Assembly (NCBI GenBank): GCA_016125475.1
Contig: WGLR01000012.1
Span: 11,812 to 75,811, forward strand
DNA length: 64,000 nucleotides
Origin: Betaproteobacteria bacterium
Lineage (GTDB): Bacteria; Pseudomonadota; Gammaproteobacteria; Burkholderiales; Ga0077523
Direction of reading: 5' to 3'
Below the pieces are notes generated by a model, which saw nothing but the letters and a program-made list of their open reading frames with translations, did not search any database and was not told the origin of the DNA. Shown here piece by piece: positions 62,371 to 64,000 of the stretch. How positions within the stretch are numbered: the stretch's first letter is position 1; each line of letters begins with the position of its first letter. Both the position numbers and the translations under genes were made by a program.

Positions 62371-62587
62371 GAGTCTGATGTGTCCTCGGGTAGCGTGAAG
62401 CGGATCGTGTCGGTGCAATCACCCGGCGCGCCTCGTCCCGAGGTGGCGGGGAAGCCGCGGCGATATGACGGCGCCGTCGCCGGCGTCCTTCGTACGCGGA
62501 CCCGCGATCATACTTTGACACTTGGTGATCCGCACCCCGCCGACGACCGTATACTTTGGCGCACCCCCTTCCTCCGGAGACCCGACG

Positions 62588-63205
62588 ATGATCGACCTCT
62601 ATCTCGCTCCCACCGCCAACGGCCTCCGGGCCGCCGTAGCGCTGGAGGAGTGCGGACTGCCCTGCCGTGTGCACAAGGTGGATCTCGGCAAGGGGGAGCA
62701 GCGAACCGCGAGCTTTCTCGCGATCAATCCCTCGGGGCTCATTCCCGTGATCGTGGACGAAGACGGCCCCGACGGTCGTCCGGTCACGCTCGCACAGTCC
62801 TGCGCGATCGTCCTCTACGCGGCGGAGAAGTCCGGCAGGTTCCTGCCCGGCGATCCGGTGGCGCGCATCGGCGCTCTGGAGTGGCTGTTCCAGGTCGCGA
62901 GCGACGTGGCGGGTACGAGCGGCACCGTGTTCCGGCTCGAGAACACGGCGCCCGAGAAGAGCGCGGCGAACGTCGCGTACTTCAGGCAGCGCCTGCTCAC
63001 GTTCTTTGCGGACTGCGACCGCCGGCTGGCCGGGCAGGACTACCTCGCAGGAGAGATCTCGGTCGCGGACCTGGCCCTGTACCCGAACGTGGCGTTGCGC
63101 AAGGCGATGCTCGACGAGGCGGGCGGGCTGCCGAACCTCCAGCGCTGGGCTGCGGCGATGGCCGCGCGTGACGGTGTCCGGAAGGGGATGGCGGCAGGCG
63201 CGTGA
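62588..63205 (+). CDS. Glutathione S-transferase (YfcG / Nu-class-like)
   Basis: MIDLY..PTANG, INPSGLIP, QSCAIVLY.AEK, YLAGEISVADL. Confidence 0.9.
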   Translation: MIDLYLAPTANGLRAAVALEECGLPCRVHKVDLGKGEQRTASFLAINPSGLIPVIVDEDGPDGRPVTLAQSCAIVLYAAEKSGRFLPGDPVARIGALEWLFQVASDVAGTSGTVFRLENTAPEKSAANVAYFRQRLLTFFADCDRRLAGQDYLAGEISVADLALYPNVALRKAMLDEAGGLPNLQRWAAAMAARDGVRKGMAAGA

Positions 63206-63233
63206 GCGTCGGGCCGTCCCGATCGGGTGCTGC

Positions 63234-63638
63234 ATGGGATTTCTCTCGGGACGGCGACCTGACGACCTCGGTGTTCGCGGGGGGCGTCTCAAGCCCGTTC
63301 CCGCGACGCCGAATGCCGTGAGTTCGCAGGCCAGGACTGCTCCTCATGCGATCGAGCCGTTCACTTACGAGGGGCCGAGGCAGGAAGCACTCGATGTTCT
63401 CCTCGCGATCGTCCGCGCATTTCCCGGCGCCCGTGTGATCACGCAGCGCGACGACTATCTCTACGCCGAGTTCGCGACGCCCGTTCTGGGATTCGTCGAC
63501 GACGTGGAGTTCTACCTGCCGGAGAACCGGTCGCTCGTTCACGTCCGCTCGGCGTCGCGTCTGGGGTACAGCGACTTCGGCGCGAACCGCAGGCGCGTCG
63601 AGCGCCTGCGCAAGCTGTTCGCCCGGCGCGGGAACTGA
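63234..63638 (+). CDS. DUF1499 family protein
   Basis: P.TPNAVSSQ, FVDDVEF, VRSASRLGYSDFGANRRRVE signature. Confidence 0.85.
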   Translation: MGFLSGRRPDDLGVRGGRLKPVPATPNAVSSQARTAPHAIEPFTYEGPRQEALDVLLAIVRAFPGARVITQRDDYLYAEFATPVLGFVDDVEFYLPENRSLVHVRSASRLGYSDFGANRRRVERLRKLFARRGN

Positions 63639-63956
63639 GCGCGCCGGGGAATCCCCCACCGGCGAGAGCGGTTCCGTCGGGTTTCTTTACTCCTTCCTCG
63701 AGACTCGTTCGGACGAATTGAATTGTCCGGAAAGCATTTCCCTCTGCACGTGAAGTTCCGTGCGTCGGTCGCGCACGGAACGTGCTGTTCGCGTGGGGCG
63801 GACGCGGGATCGCCTGCGCCGGTCCGGACCCGCCGGTCGTGTCCAGGTGTTGCGCGCTCCGCGCGCCACCCGCGTCCTCCGCAGTGATTTCCGACAGGCC
63901 GCCTGCGCGGTCCTTCCGGGAACGTTGACGACACAACAAGCACAAGAAGGGAGACC

Positions 63957-64000
63957 ATGGCAGACACTGCTGCACTCATCGACGCACTCAAGCGCGCGCT
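63957..64000 (+). CDS. 5' fragment of a probable XRE-family transcriptional regulator (truncated by window end)
   Basis: RBS AAGGGAGA then MADTAALIDALKRA; only 14 codons visible. Confidence 0.4.
   Translation, partial: MADTAALIDALKRA

Overview
High-GC window with gene content and order typical of a betaproteobacterium (phoU-ppx, yggX-ppk1, argA, ilvIHC-psd-pssA-leuA). It is mostly core chromosome plus metabolic, envelope and signalling accessory modules. I found no transposase, integrase, phage gene, tRNA/rRNA or CRISPR array. In order: a polyphosphate neighbourhood (phoU, ppx, ppk1, CYTH-CHAD, sixA) split by a TRAP transporter, an IorB-type molybdoenzyme with a coupled alpha/beta hydrolase, and terC; an amino-acid/phospholipid biosynthesis cluster; a Ser/Thr kinase-cNMP fusion; ndh; two RND efflux operons flanking sodC and a thioredoxin pair; csp; cydAB; an ABC/AttH-like module; a Spy/Cpx-like two-component module; a 7-PAS kinase coupled to a REC-PAS-GGDEF-EAL protein; and several small genes. 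The most notable signals not shown in the ORF track are: (1) a Leu-rich leader peptide upstream of leuA whose Leu codons are complementary to the leuA RBS; (2) a decayed, internally deleted 2Fe-2S iorA relic in front of the intact Mo subunit; (3) a thioredoxin followed in frame by a CXXC-less paralog with a single C-terminal Cys; (4) an uncharacterised ABC plus Tat-exported lipocalin-like module; (5) candidate CpxR and CRP/FNR-family boxes. All functional calls come from motif recognition by eye; no searches were run.
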